Below are positions 1 through 8,679 of a stretch of DNA of 61,171 bases, in pieces. Positions within the stretch are counted from its first letter, which is position 1, and every line of letters begins with the position of its first letter. This stretch comes from a virus (taxonomy: Duplodnaviria > Caudoviricetes), in the IMG/VR virus record IMGVR_UViG_3300032753_002656, positions 1 to 61,171 of that record; one strand, 5' to 3'. The notes under the pieces are model-generated. The model saw only the letters and a program-made list of their open reading frames with translations, had not been told where the DNA came from and did not search any database. A program made the position numbers and the translations under genes.

Positions 1-972
1 AGTTAAAGTTTTCATATGCTCTCCTATTAATCTTTCTCCTTCTGCATTCAATTCATTGTTACCAGTTTTATTTAATATAGTTTGAATAGCATCACTATAT
101 GTGATTCTAGGTATCCAAGAATTGGAAAAAATGCTAGCAGGATGCCCTATTCCCATATCAAGTTTATCAATACCAAGAATTTTCAGTTCATTTGCACATT
201 CTTGGTTAAGTGTGCTCATTATATCCTTGAGTAGTCTTTCTTGTACTGCCATTACATCCTCTGCAGAATCAATAAATCCCATCTCTAGATCAAGACCTAT
301 AAATTCTGTCAGATGCCGGTTTGTATTAGAACCTTCTGCTCTATACACTTTACCGATTTCAAAAACCCTCTCAAATGCACCCACCATCATTTGTTTATAG
401 AATTGGGGAGATTGAGTAAGGAATAATTCGGTTTCGAAATACTTAACAGGAAATAATTCTGCACCACTTTCCAAACCAGATGCAGAAATTTTGGTTGATT
501 GTATTTCTGTAAACCCGTGGTGATTAAGATGTTCCCTAAAAGCCTTTACAATTTTTGACTGTATAATAAATATAGCGCGTTCCCGCGTGCCGCGTAAGGT
601 AATAGGCCGGTGTATATTTAGTGTGTTAAAGGGTACTGGAATTGGACCATTTAAAGGGAAAGGAAGTACTTCTGAGAGGCCTAAAATATTAATTTGGGAA
701 GCTACTATTTCTATTCCCCCATATTTGCATTGCGGCTCTAATTTCGGGGTTCCTATTATTTCCACTGTACTTTCAACACGCAATATTTCAGGGATGAGAT
801 CTTTCGGAATGAAGACCTGTGTATATTGAGGTATTCCTCTGCGGTTCTCTCTGAGAACAATAAAGGCCATCTTGGATAGCTTACGATATTCATGAACCCA
901 TCCTTTTACAAGTATTTCTTGTCCTATATGGTTTTTAACCATGTCTGCAGGTACTCTATTTTTACTACCCAT
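1..972 (-). CDS. aspS: Aspartyl-tRNA synthetase, archaeal/non-discriminating type (3' end runs off the window; absent from the ORF track)
   Basis: Hand translation from ATG at 972: MGSKNRVPADMVKNHIGQEILVKGWVHEYRKLSKMAFIVLRE (OB-fold), then FTEIQSTKI..GLESGAELFPVKYF..LTQSPQFYKQMMVGAFERVFEIGKVYRAEGSNTNRHLTEFIGLDLEMGF (class IIb motifs 1/2). AsnRS is less likely. Confidence 0.88.
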   Translation of the reverse strand, partial: MGSKNRVPADMVKNHIGQEILVKGWVHEYRKLSKMAFIVLRENRRGIPQYTQVFIPKDLIPEILRVESTVEIIGTPKLEPQCKYGGIEIVASQINILGLSEVLPFPLNGPIPVPFNTLNIHRPITLRGTRERAIFIIQSKIVKAFREHLNHHGFTEIQSTKISASGLESGAELFPVKYFETELFLTQSPQFYKQMMVGAFERVFEIGKVYRAEGSNTNRHLTEFIGLDLEMGFIDSAEDVMAVQERLLKDIMSTLNQECANELKILGIDKLDMGIGHPASIFSNSWIPRITYSDAIQTILNKTGNNELNAEGERLIGEHMKTLT

Positions 973-979
973 AATATTA

Positions 980-1450
980 TTAAAAATTCCTTACCTCAGG
1001 GTAAGGAAACTTGATTGCTGATTTATTGATGGCTTTCGCCTTTTTGTTTGCATTACACCGATGGCAGGATACAATAAAATTTTTTATATCCTTAGCTAAA
1101 TGTGGATGCGTTTTTTGTGGATAAAAGTGATCCGTAGTTGCTAGTATCTCTATATTTGGTATCTTATACCAGGGATAGATTACAAGATTAGCCTTACCAC
1201 AATATTCACAATGGAGTTCACCATATTTAGCTAATATGGATTCTAACCATTTGGTATTAAATACCATTTGATCGTATACAACCCTTCCTTTTTTAGTAGT
1301 AGCCCACTTAGGTTCTAATTCTCTATCCTCCTCTAATCTATATTGATCTAAAAGTAATTGATGCGAGCCCCAAGATCCGAGGCTCGCATCAGAACAAACT
1401 TTTACGCTTACACGTACCTGCTTATTTTTACTTTTTACAATTTCGATCAT
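980..1450 (-). CDS. HNH endonuclease
   Basis: CEYCG...TTDHFYP...NFIVSCHRCNANK zinc/HNH signature. Confidence 0.8.
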   Translation of the reverse strand: MIEIVKSKNKQVRVSVKVCSDASLGSWGSHQLLLDQYRLEEDRELEPKWATTKKGRVVYDQMVFNTKWLESILAKYGELHCEYCGKANLVIYPWYKIPNIEILATTDHFYPQKTHPHLAKDIKNFIVSCHRCNANKKAKAINKSAIKFPYPEVRNF

Positions 1451-1470
1451 AACTACTTGAGTGTTAACTC

Positions 1471-1845
1471 TTAGTCCTGCAGGAGAGCCTTCAGTTCTTC
1501 TACTGTAGAAGCTCCGAGTTTTTCCTCCTCCTTCCGGGCAATGATGGCCAGAATTTTTTCATTATGCTGCTTTTTATCGCCGGCAGTTCTAGCTGCTTCG
1601 GAAGCTTCTACCTTATCAGTCAAAATTTCTAAAACAATATCAAACCGGAGTTTGGCTATTCTGTCTTTTTCTGACTTTTTGGTAACGAAAGATTTGCCGC
1701 CGGAAGCTTCAAATTCGTTTTCCAGTTTTACGGCCATCGCATCCAGCTGAGGAATAGTGAGCTGCCATAAATTTTCTACTGTTAATTCTCCCTTTGAAGA
1801 AGGGATCCTTAAGTTTAGCCTTGAGGCTTCTTTGAAGATGTTCAT
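1471..1845 (-). CDS. Conserved phage hypothetical protein (coiled-coil C-terminus)
   Basis: 124-aa ORF; IFxxASRxxLR..GELTVENLWQL resembles a recurrent jumbo-phage family found next to the following large gene. Confidence 0.7.
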   Translation of the reverse strand: MNIFKEASRLNLRIPSSKGELTVENLWQLTIPQLDAMAVKLENEFEASGGKSFVTKKSEKDRIAKLRFDIVLEILTDKVEASEAARTAGDKKQHNEKILAIIARKEEEKLGASTVEELKALLQD

Positions 1846-1885
1846 TTTAAAAGATTGATTGGTTGGTTATTAATAAAAAATCGTA

Positions 1886-4036
1886 TTAGAATTTAACTTT
1901 AATTGTTCGGTTAAAGGAACCAGTTAATTTGAGTATTACCTCATCTTTCACTGTGCTATTGAAGCCTAATCCTGATAATTGTTTGTCTGTAGGCTTGATC
2001 TTGTTATTAGCCCCTAGTACTTCCAAAACTTTCCTGTGTGTTAATAGATCTGGTAAAAGATTTTCATTGTGAAATCCTCTCACATCCTGATTAGTCTTTG
2101 CATTTTCTAACATAAAGAAATAATGCTTATTCCCTGCAGGATTTTCTCCCCAATGATTAGGAGATAAACAAACCAAATTAACCTTTTGGAAGGTGTTTGT
2201 TTCCATACCCCATATTTCCCTTGAAGATTCGGTAGAAGGTAATTTATGATTGATTGAAAATACCCCATTCTTTAGAGTTATTTCCGCTACCTGTATATTT
2301 CCTGAAACCGGTTTGTTGTAAACATATGTGAAAGTTTGTCCATCAAATTCTACCTCTGCAGTAAAGCCTTTTGAGCCACGAGAAGCAAATTGATGAACCC
2401 AAACCTTATAAATCCCATCCTTCATCTTTGATTTATCGCTCCATGCGATATTTTCAACGATATTCTTATTTCCATAATTATTTGGCTGTGTAATATCAAC
2501 ATCCAATTGACCAGACATAGGAGATCTTCCGTTGCCTGAATCCTTACGGAATCTGCGCTCTCCATAATAGATATGTTCACCCTTCTGATTTTGTGGTTCT
2601 TGTGCATGTGCATCTAGATCCGAATTATCGGAAGGATCTCCTTCGCCCCACATAATACTGAAGCGAAGTACTCCATCTACCTTACCCCCCTTTGCCTGAA
2701 CCGCCTCTTTTATCATACTTTTACCTGCAAGGTTACCGTTAAAGTCCCAGGAGTAATTATTAGGCCATTTAAAAATTGGCTTACTTTCTTTACTGTTAGT
2801 TGTCGTCATCGTAACCAAATTACCTTCGTGCTTGTTAGTAAACAAAGCCTCAATAGAGGAACAGGAAGGTAAAATATCCTTCATAAATTCCTCAATCGGA
2901 ATTTCTTCCACCCCCTCAAACTTAGCTACCTTTGTTGGTCCAGCAGAGGCCTTCACATTATCAAAGATTGTAACAGGCTTTATCTTGCTATTTGTAGAAA
3001 TATGTTTGATGTCGTTGACATTGATATCATCAATAGTAGCAAGCCTACGATCAAATGATTCCAGATATCCGTTATCAATAACAAATTTTTGAGCTGCCTC
3101 TATCTGACTTTTTGTAATTGGTGCACTGGCCTTCATATAATTTGCCGGATCCACACGTTTGTTAAAGTCCAGGCAAGCTTTATTAAGGTCTTCACCTCCT
3201 TCCAGCTCATAGCAAAATTCACCAACCAATGTATTACCAAATTTGGCAGTCCTTTCGTCTAAGCCATAACTTGTTTCCCAGAGCCAATTATTTTTATTAG
3301 TTTTTAACTTATCATATTTAGATTTGTGACCAATCATATTTTCAATGGCATGCAAATGTGCATTCCCATTTAAAAGGCTGCCCTGGTTAATTAGATCCTT
3401 CGCCAAATTTAGAGTCTCTAATGAGACTTCTTCCATTGTCCTTTTGAATACATCGTATTTGGTACGATAGTCACCCATTATAGTTTCTACCGATTTGTCC
3501 GACTTATCTACAAATTTGGCAGGAAGGTCAACATGGATGTGATTGAATGCTCGTATTTCATCGGGTTTAACCACGCCATATTTTTCTGCCTCTTCCAGAG
3601 TGTATTGTTTATGGTTTATTTCAATACCCAGGCGGTATGTTGGTTGATTAGGCTTAATCCGTTCGTAAGGAAGTGAATTAAGTTCCTCGTGTGTTTCGAA
3701 GAATACATTTTCAATTTGCCTGGTTTTCAAAACACCATGTAGTGCATCTGCAACAACCTTATAGGGACCTTTAATGTTTAGATCCCCGAACATAGAAAGT
3801 AATTCTCCGTTCTCATCAATCGCTACAATATTCCCATATCGTTTGATGAAATTGTTACAGTTGTTACAGTTGTGCATGGTACTATCTGGACTTCGAAAGA
3901 TCGGATTAGAACCATCAGGAAATGCCATCAAATATAACTGATAGATTTCCCTTCCTGATATATTAGACCTGAATAATTTCCCGGTTGAACACATTTTTTG
4001 AAATTGTTCCTTCAGGTTAATAATTAATTCTTCCAT
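1886..4036 (-). CDS. Large conserved jumbo-phage protein of unknown function
   Basis: 716-aa ORF with HNCNNC motif and LRFSIMW..DLDAHAQEP..LDVD..VENI (YfaP-like) block; has its own promoter upstream. Confidence 0.75.
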   Translation of the reverse strand: MEELIINLKEQFQKMCSTGKLFRSNISGREIYQLYLMAFPDGSNPIFRSPDSTMHNCNNCNNFIKRYGNIVAIDENGELLSMFGDLNIKGPYKVVADALHGVLKTRQIENVFFETHEELNSLPYERIKPNQPTYRLGIEINHKQYTLEEAEKYGVVKPDEIRAFNHIHVDLPAKFVDKSDKSVETIMGDYRTKYDVFKRTMEEVSLETLNLAKDLINQGSLLNGNAHLHAIENMIGHKSKYDKLKTNKNNWLWETSYGLDERTAKFGNTLVGEFCYELEGGEDLNKACLDFNKRVDPANYMKASAPITKSQIEAAQKFVIDNGYLESFDRRLATIDDINVNDIKHISTNSKIKPVTIFDNVKASAGPTKVAKFEGVEEIPIEEFMKDILPSCSSIEALFTNKHEGNLVTMTTTNSKESKPIFKWPNNYSWDFNGNLAGKSMIKEAVQAKGGKVDGVLRFSIMWGEGDPSDNSDLDAHAQEPQNQKGEHIYYGERRFRKDSGNGRSPMSGQLDVDITQPNNYGNKNIVENIAWSDKSKMKDGIYKVWVHQFASRGSKGFTAEVEFDGQTFTYVYNKPVSGNIQVAEITLKNGVFSINHKLPSTESSREIWGMETNTFQKVNLVCLSPNHWGENPAGNKHYFFMLENAKTNQDVRGFHNENLLPDLLTHRKVLEVLGANNKIKPTDKQLSGLGFNSTVKDEVILKLTGSFNRTIKVKF

Positions 4037-4057
4037 GTCATTATTTTATTTATAAAG

Positions 4058-4116
4058 CAAATATAATAAAAAATATCTGTCCGGAAAAATTAAAGTTGTT
4101 AAAGATTTTATAAGAT
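4058..4116 (-). promoter_or_regulatory. Bacteroidota-type promoter with upstream TTAACA box
   Basis: Sense strand TCTTATAAAATCTTTAACAAC...CAGATATTTTTTATTATATTTGC (TAnnTTTG at 4058-4065), about 20 nt before the ATG at 4036. Confidence 0.75.
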
Positions 4117-4129
4117 TTTATACACTCGA

Positions 4130-4348
4130 TTACTTAATACGTTCGAATATGAAATGAGGAATAGCATATATTCCATCTGATGATTTAAGTATTTCCATCT
4201 TTACAAAACATTCCCCATCTGGATAAACTTCTCCTTTTAATATAGAATAGCGTTCTGTAAAATTTGGGATTAGTATTTTACTAGAATCCACTCTATAAGA
4301 ACCATAAATTGCCCCATGAAAGTAATATCCATCTAAAAGTTTGTCCAT
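4130..4348 (-). CDS. FERIK-tail family small protein
   Basis: 72 aa; GYYFHGAIY near N-terminus; ends YAIPHFIFERIK*. Confidence 0.8.
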   Translation of the reverse strand: MDKLLDGYYFHGAIYGSYRVDSSKILIPNFTERYSILKGEVYPDGECFVKMEILKSSDGIYAIPHFIFERIK

Positions 4349-4354
4349 AAATAT

Positions 4355-4600
4355 TTATTTTATTCTCTCAAAAGGGAAAACAAGTTTCGCTAATCTAGAC
4401 CAAACCCCATCTTCGTTAAATCGAATATCAAGTTCACTACATTCGAAAATTGTAAAATCCACAAAAGTTTCCTCTAGTGGTTTGTCTATGTCAGAATTTT
4501 CTAGAGGATAGGATTTACTGTTATCCAAAAAAGGTAATATTATCCAGGGGTTTCTGTATATTCCATAAACTATACCATTCCGATAATAACCTCTTTCCAT
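4355..4600 (-). CDS. FERIK-tail family small protein
   Basis: 81 aa; GYYRNGIVY; ends LVFPFERIK*. Confidence 0.8.
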   Translation of the reverse strand: MERGYYRNGIVYGIYRNPWIILPFLDNSKSYPLENSDIDKPLEETFVDFTIFECSELDIRFNEDGVWSRLAKLVFPFERIK

Positions 4601-4608
4601 TATTTAAT

Positions 4609-4869
4609 TTATTTTATTCTTCCAAATGGTACATGGGGATCTGCAAATTCACGAAATATACCTTCATCATTTTGTAGTAGTGGACCAGGAACAAGGTCAA
4701 AGTATATCTCACCCTCAAAATCATCAGACAAGGGATTAGGTGTAATCATTTTAAATGCTATCTTAGATGCAAGATTAAAAATTATAACTGTTCCCCTAGT
4801 TTGCTCTTCTTCCCAAACTTCCCCATTTTTATAAAATCCCTTCCTTATTTTTATTTGATTCTTCTCCAT
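4609..4869 (-). CDS. FERIK-tail family small protein
   Basis: 86 aa; GFYKNGEVW; ends PHVPFGRIK*. Confidence 0.8.
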   Translation of the reverse strand: MEKNQIKIRKGFYKNGEVWEEEQTRGTVIIFNLASKIAFKMITPNPLSDDFEGEIYFDLVPGPLLQNDEGIFREFADPHVPFGRIK

Positions 4870-5054
4870 GGAAAATTAATTTCCGCTTTTAGTGATTTTC
4901 TTCCTGTTTCAGTTTCAGTAGTTACTAAAAGATAGCTCACACGACCTACCCAATCGGGGCCTGGGGTGGGACCCTCTACACTAATAGCACTACCATGATT
5001 TGGAATAATCTGGTTATTCCAAAGTAAGCCGTATCCTATCTTATTATCTTCCAT
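4851..5054 (-). CDS. FERIK-tail family small protein
   Basis: 67 aa; GLLWNNQII; ends INFPWRRIK*. Confidence 0.75.
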   Translation of the reverse strand: MEDNKIGYGLLWNNQIIPNHGSAISVEGPTPGPDWVGRVSYLLVTTETETGRKSLKAEINFPWRRIK

Positions 5055-5067
5055 GTAATTAATACAT

Positions 5068-5286
5068 CTAGAACTTTACGTCTTTTACACCCTCACAATT
5101 ATCACCACGGGCAACTATGTTTTCATCTAGTACCCTCTTGTCTAATAGAGTCCTAAATGAGGAATGTTTCGCACATTCTATTCCTGCTGAGCTAGCAACA
5201 ACATATCTGCAACACTCATGTCCTTGTCCGGGTTTGCAGACATTATAAAAATGCTCATCGGGTATTGGATTAGTTAAATTTTCCAT
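5068..5286 (-). CDS. Small Cys-rich protein interrupting the array (no FERIK tail)
   Basis: 72 aa; VCKPGQGHECCRY..ECAK..RGDNCEG. Confidence 0.7.
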   Translation of the reverse strand: MENLTNPIPDEHFYNVCKPGQGHECCRYVVASSAGIECAKHSSFRTLLDKRVLDENIVARGDNCEGVKDVKF

Positions 5287-5292
5287 ATTTGT

Positions 5293-5538
5293 TTATTTAA
5301 TTCTTTCAAAGCTAATCAATGGGATTGCATATTTACTTATTTTACCAGTAATCATATTCTCGCGGTCCATAAAATATTTTGTCGTTAGTTCGAATTTTTG
5401 TCCAGATTGTTTTAGACACTCTAACATATTTTCAATATCTTTATGTAAGGGAAAAGTAATAATTGCTTCATTCTTGGTTCTTACCATACCAAAATCAAAT
5501 CCTCCTATAACAATTTTGGTTTGATATCTATATTCCAT
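5293..5538 (-). CDS. FERIK-tail family small protein
   Basis: 81 aa; ends YAIPLISFERIK*. Confidence 0.8.
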   Translation of the reverse strand: MEYRYQTKIVIGGFDFGMVRTKNEAIITFPLHKDIENMLECLKQSGQKFELTTKYFMDRENMITGKISKYAIPLISFERIK

Positions 5539-5777
5539 TATTTAATTCGTTTAAATGGTACTAATGGTATTAATATTCTTTTTATAATATTCATTGGATT
5601 CCCTGTTGTAAGGGATTTCCCAATAAATTCAAGTTCGGTACGGGTTTCAAATAAAAAGCTTCTGTCTGAATCTATATTAAATCCATCTGCTATTCGGTAC
5701 ATGTAAACGTAATCATGTCTTCCATCCTGGCAAACGGGTATTAATTGGCCATTAAGAATTCTCGCTCTCTGTATCAC
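5538..5777 (-). CDS. FERIK-tail family small protein
   Basis: 79 aa; ARILNGQLI; ends IPLVPFKRIK*; TAATG coupling to the next gene. Confidence 0.8.
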   Translation of the reverse strand: MIQRARILNGQLIPVCQDGRHDYVYMYRIADGFNIDSDRSFLFETRTELEFIGKSLTTGNPMNIIKRILIPLVPFKRIK

Positions 5778-6025
5778 TTAATCCTTTCAAATGTTAATAA
5801 TGGTATGGCAGTGCAAGAATCTCCGCCTTCTTCATAATAGGTTTCACACAATTCAAATAGTTGGCCTTCTGTTGGTATTGTTTCTGGATCTATTCCTACA
5901 TCCAATGTATAAAATGAACGGATCTCTCCAAGTTCATTATAAACAAGACCTTGTCCATATTTACATATAGTTCTTGAAATAATTATATATTTTCCATTAA
6001 CCCACTTTATTTCTGCAAATTTCAT
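5774..6025 (-). CDS. FERIK-tail family small protein
   Basis: 83 aa; ends AIPLLTFERIK*; ATGA overlap. Confidence 0.8.
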   Translation of the reverse strand: MKFAEIKWVNGKYIIISRTICKYGQGLVYNELGEIRSFYTLDVGIDPETIPTEGQLFELCETYYEEGGDSCTAIPLLTFERIK

Positions 6026-6318
6026 TTTATCCTTTCAAAGGTTAATAGTGGTTCTACTGTTGTTCCAAATCCCGCTAATACCCAACCATTATCAAGTAGC
6101 TCTGAATTTTCATGGGTTATGAAAGAAAAAGATATTCCCTCTGGTACATCCATATTAGGTAATATTTTCCAAGGTACTGGAGATAAATTTAATTTATTTG
6201 TTATATTTTCCTGTCCGAATGGAGTTATTAAATGAATTGTGCCATGAAGAACTATTCCTTGGTAAACTTTTAATTTACCTGTTGAAAATTCATAATCCCG
6301 TGAAAAATCTATATTCAT
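6022..6318 (-). CDS. FERIK-tail family small protein
   Basis: 98 aa; GIVLHGTIHL..VPEG; ends VEPLLTFERIK*. Confidence 0.8.
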   Translation of the reverse strand: MNIDFSRDYEFSTGKLKVYQGIVLHGTIHLITPFGQENITNKLNLSPVPWKILPNMDVPEGISFSFITHENSELLDNGWVLAGFGTTVEPLLTFERIK

Positions 6319-6623
6319 TTTATTCGTTCAAATTCTAAAATAGGATCAATAAATTTTCTAGTTACCAGCTTAAAATATTCTTTTTCCATTATCCCTGCTC
6401 TTTCTACGCACTCTTTATACACAATTCTAAAAATAAAGGGAATATCATTAAGAATAGGATATTCTTGAAATCCTAAAAGCCCCTCCATACCACAGCATTC
6501 TTCTATATTCCTTGTTATCTGTCCCATACTATTTAATAGCTCCCCTTGTTTATTGGTCAGATAAACAATATCATTTATTAAAATACCATAAAATAGTGTT
6601 GTCTCCTGAAACTCTCCCATCAT
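6315..6623 (-). CDS. FERIK-tail family small protein
   Basis: 102 aa; GILINDIVYL; ends IDPILEFERIK*. Confidence 0.8.
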   Translation of the reverse strand: MMGEFQETTLFYGILINDIVYLTNKQGELLNSMGQITRNIEECCGMEGLLGFQEYPILNDIPFIFRIVYKECVERAGIMEKEYFKLVTRKFIDPILEFERIK

Positions 6624-6873
6624 TTGATTCTTTCAAATATTAGTAATGGCTCAATTATAGAATATATTTCATGCGTCATTAGACCATTTAAATTTAATTT
6701 GGCTCTTTGCTGATAGCTAAAAGTAAAATGAAATAATACACCAGGTGTAATAAAAGCTCCATATTTTATTTCTAAATATTCTCCAAGAGTTAAAATGGTC
6801 TATTACTAAGATCTAAGCAATTAATAATATTACCCTCTAATATTCCCCTGATTATTAATTCTTCTATTATCAT
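6620..6873 (-). pseudogene. FERIK-tail family member broken by a 1-nt frameshift (or sequencing error)
   Basis: ATG 6873: MIIEELIIRGILEGNIINCLDLSNRPF* then, one base out of frame, TLGEYLEIKYG...IIEPLLIFERIK* (TGA 6620-6622). Span is 254 nt; ATGA overlaps at both ends. Confidence 0.8.
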
Positions 6874-7139
6874 TTTATTCTACTAAATTTAGGGGGAAGT
6901 ATATTCAGCTCAAGTATGTAAAGTCTTTGAAATTCATCAGGATCTCCTCCACTCCATATTTCTTGATATTCTATATAACCATCTATTTCTCTTGCCCATT
7001 CTGGAACACCAAAACCAGTTGGAATTTCTTCCATATTGCCATTAATTTTACTAATTAATATTTGGTAATGTGTCTTATTCTTTATACGCCCGCATTTTAT
7101 TTTGCTCTCTCCCATACAAATATTGGTTCTGCTACCCAA
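6870..7139 (-). CDS. FERIK-tail family small protein (start may be the internal MGESK)
   Basis: Ends ILPPKFSRIK*. Confidence 0.75.
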   Translation of the reverse strand: MGSRTNICMGESKIKCGRIKNKTHYQILISKINGNMEEIPTGFGVPEWAREIDGYIEYQEIWSGGDPDEFQRLYILELNILPPKFSRIK

Positions 7140-7306
7140 TGTATAATAGGTTTATCTTTTACCTCTATTAAAATATCACCCTCAAATAATACAATACCAT
7201 CCGGAATTTTTTGAGCCATTATGAATAGACTTTTTGATAAAAATCCATCCTCACCAGAAATATATAATTCACCATTTATTAAGATACCTGCTGTTCTGAC
7301 TTTCAT
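7097..7306 (-). CDS. FERIK-tail family small protein
   Basis: 69 aa; GILINGELYI..IPDG; ends AEPIFVWERAK*. Confidence 0.75.
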   Translation of the reverse strand: MKVRTAGILINGELYISGEDGFLSKSLFIMAQKIPDGIVLFEGDILIEVKDKPIIHWVAEPIFVWERAK

Positions 7307-7324
7307 CCTATCCTGGATTATTAT

Positions 7325-7618
7325 TTATTTGATCCTTTCCCATTTCATTTGTATCTCTGCTTCGTATATGATTTTAGGATATCCAAAATCATCATGGATT
7401 TTTCCAAACTTTGAGATCTGATACATTTTACCTATAAATTCATAACTTCCATCTGGTATATCGGGATTAATAATATATCCTGTTTCCTTATAATGGAGAT
7501 CTCCATCAAAATCGATAAATTTATATAATTTTCCGTTTGCAACTAACCCATATTCAAGTTCACCAAACATTTTATCTCTATTAAGAAACAGGGAATCATA
7601 TCTAATGTCTTTCATCAT
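7325..7618 (-). CDS. FERIK-tail family small protein
   Basis: 97 aa; GLVANGKLY..IPDG; ends AEIQMKWERIK*. Confidence 0.8.
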   Translation of the reverse strand: MMKDIRYDSLFLNRDKMFGELEYGLVANGKLYKFIDFDGDLHYKETGYIINPDIPDGSYEFIGKMYQISKFGKIHDDFGYPKIIYEAEIQMKWERIK

Positions 7619-7633
7619 ACACTAAAATTAGTA

Positions 7634-7933
7634 TTATTTTATACGTTCAAAATTAACAATAGGAATAGCATAAAATAAAGGACCCCCATAGCCTTTACCA
7701 TACTCGTCAAATTTTTGTCTCCTCGTTAATTCGAATTCATACTCTTCCTCAATTTTTAATCCTAATTTACTTAAACCCTTTGCTAGGGGGTAATATTTAA
7801 TGATATCACTATAACCGTTTCCTGTTTGTATTCGACAAACTCCTTTCCTAGTCCAGGAATATGTTCCCTGCAATATCCTATAAGAGATCCTATTATCCTT
7901 GATCCTTAATATCTCCCCCTCTTTCTGTGACAT
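7634..7933 (-). CDS. FERIK-tail family small protein
   Basis: 99 aa; ends YGGPLFYAIPIVNFERIK*. Confidence 0.8.
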   Translation of the reverse strand: MSQKEGEILRIKDNRISYRILQGTYSWTRKGVCRIQTGNGYSDIIKYYPLAKGLSKLGLKIEEEYEFELTRRQKFDEYGKGYGGPLFYAIPIVNFERIK

Positions 7934-8244
7934 TATTTAATCCGTTCGAAATTAACAATAGGTATACAATACCGAATTTGTCCTCAGTAACTTTTTACAC
8001 CGTTTTTATCAATCAATCTTTTAGTAATAGTTGTAAATTCAAATAAAATAATAGTCGAGGTTAATCCTTCTACACCTTCATAAATATTATATCTAAACCC
8101 CGGAACCAATCCTGCTTCTGTCTCAAACAATAAAGCAACTTTTTTATCTTCTTCCTGTTTGAATGATCCATATTGAATCTCCGTATGGATCGTTTTATAT
8201 ACATCCGAAGTATCAGTCTTTTCCAGGGTGTAGGTTTTTGGCAT
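7933..8244 (-). pseudogene. FERIK-tail family member with an in-frame TGA 16 codons before the natural stop
   Basis: Track ORF 7984-8244 ends KNGVKSY-TGA, but the frame continues GQIRYCIPIVNFERIK-TAA (7933-7935), with TAATG coupling to the next gene. Confidence 0.8.
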
Positions 8245-8443
8245 CCTCTATTTTTTTTATCCTTCTTTGAATTTCATGCCATTCTTCTCTAATTTCATTT
8301 ACACCTATTTCCATTCTTTTGACACGAGGATGTTGCCCTCCAAGAGAACGTGCTTGGGATTTAAAAAAATCCCAATTTTCCCAATAGCTAAAGGCAATTA
8401 TGGTTTCGGCTAAACGCAGATCTTCCAATTCATCCATATACAA
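8213..8443 (-). CDS. Hypothetical protein
   Basis: 76-aa ORF in the minus-strand gene run. Confidence 0.55.
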   Translation of the reverse strand: MYMDELEDLRLAETIIAFSYWENWDFFKSQARSLGGQHPRVKRMEIGVNEIREEWHEIQRRIKKIEDAKNLHPGKD

Positions 8444-8448
8444 ACGAT

Positions 8449-8679
8449 TTATAAAATTTTATCCCGGAGAAGTTTTAAATTTTGTGCTAGCAATGTTCGT
8501 TCTACCTTACGAACATTATTTAATATTAGATTGGGATCTGTATTTGGTGGATATGCGTTTGCTTCATTATCCATTTTTAATTCATTGGATTTATTAAGTC
8601 CAATAATTAATTGGTCGATTTCTTTTACTATATCCTTTAATTCCATATTAATCAATTGTTGCGTTAATTCCGCGGTCAA
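8449..8679 (-). CDS. Hypothetical protein (start probably the internal MELKD)
   Basis: ORF fills the gap downstream of clpS. Confidence 0.5.
   Translation of the reverse strand: MTAELTQQLINMELKDIVKEIDQLIIGLNKSNELKMDNEANAYPPNTDPNLILNNVRKVERTLLAQNLKLLRDKIL

Noticed and set aside
101-829. Plus-strand track ORFs 101-400 and 587-829, and similar antisense ORFs (e.g. 42961-43398, 44539-44931, 49719-50135, 52439-52861)
   Set aside because: They are shadows of well-supported genes on the opposite strand.
7984-7986. Genome-wide stop-codon reassignment (TGA or TAG)
   Set aside because: Long genes are intact in code 11, TGA terminates many genes in ATGA overlaps, and TAG also ends genes; only one in-frame TGA was found.
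4130-8244. FERIK array as integron cassettes, CRISPR-like repeats or DGR targets
   Set aside because: The genes overlap or abut with no attC-like palindromes, the repeat is synonymous-variable at DNA level, and no integrase, cas gene, reverse transcriptase or adenine-specific TR/VR pair is visible.
4130-8244. Array proteins as type IX secretion C-terminal domains
   Set aside because: Size and terminal Lys are reminiscent, but there are no signal peptides and no YPNP or GxY motifs; mimicry is not excluded but is unsupported.
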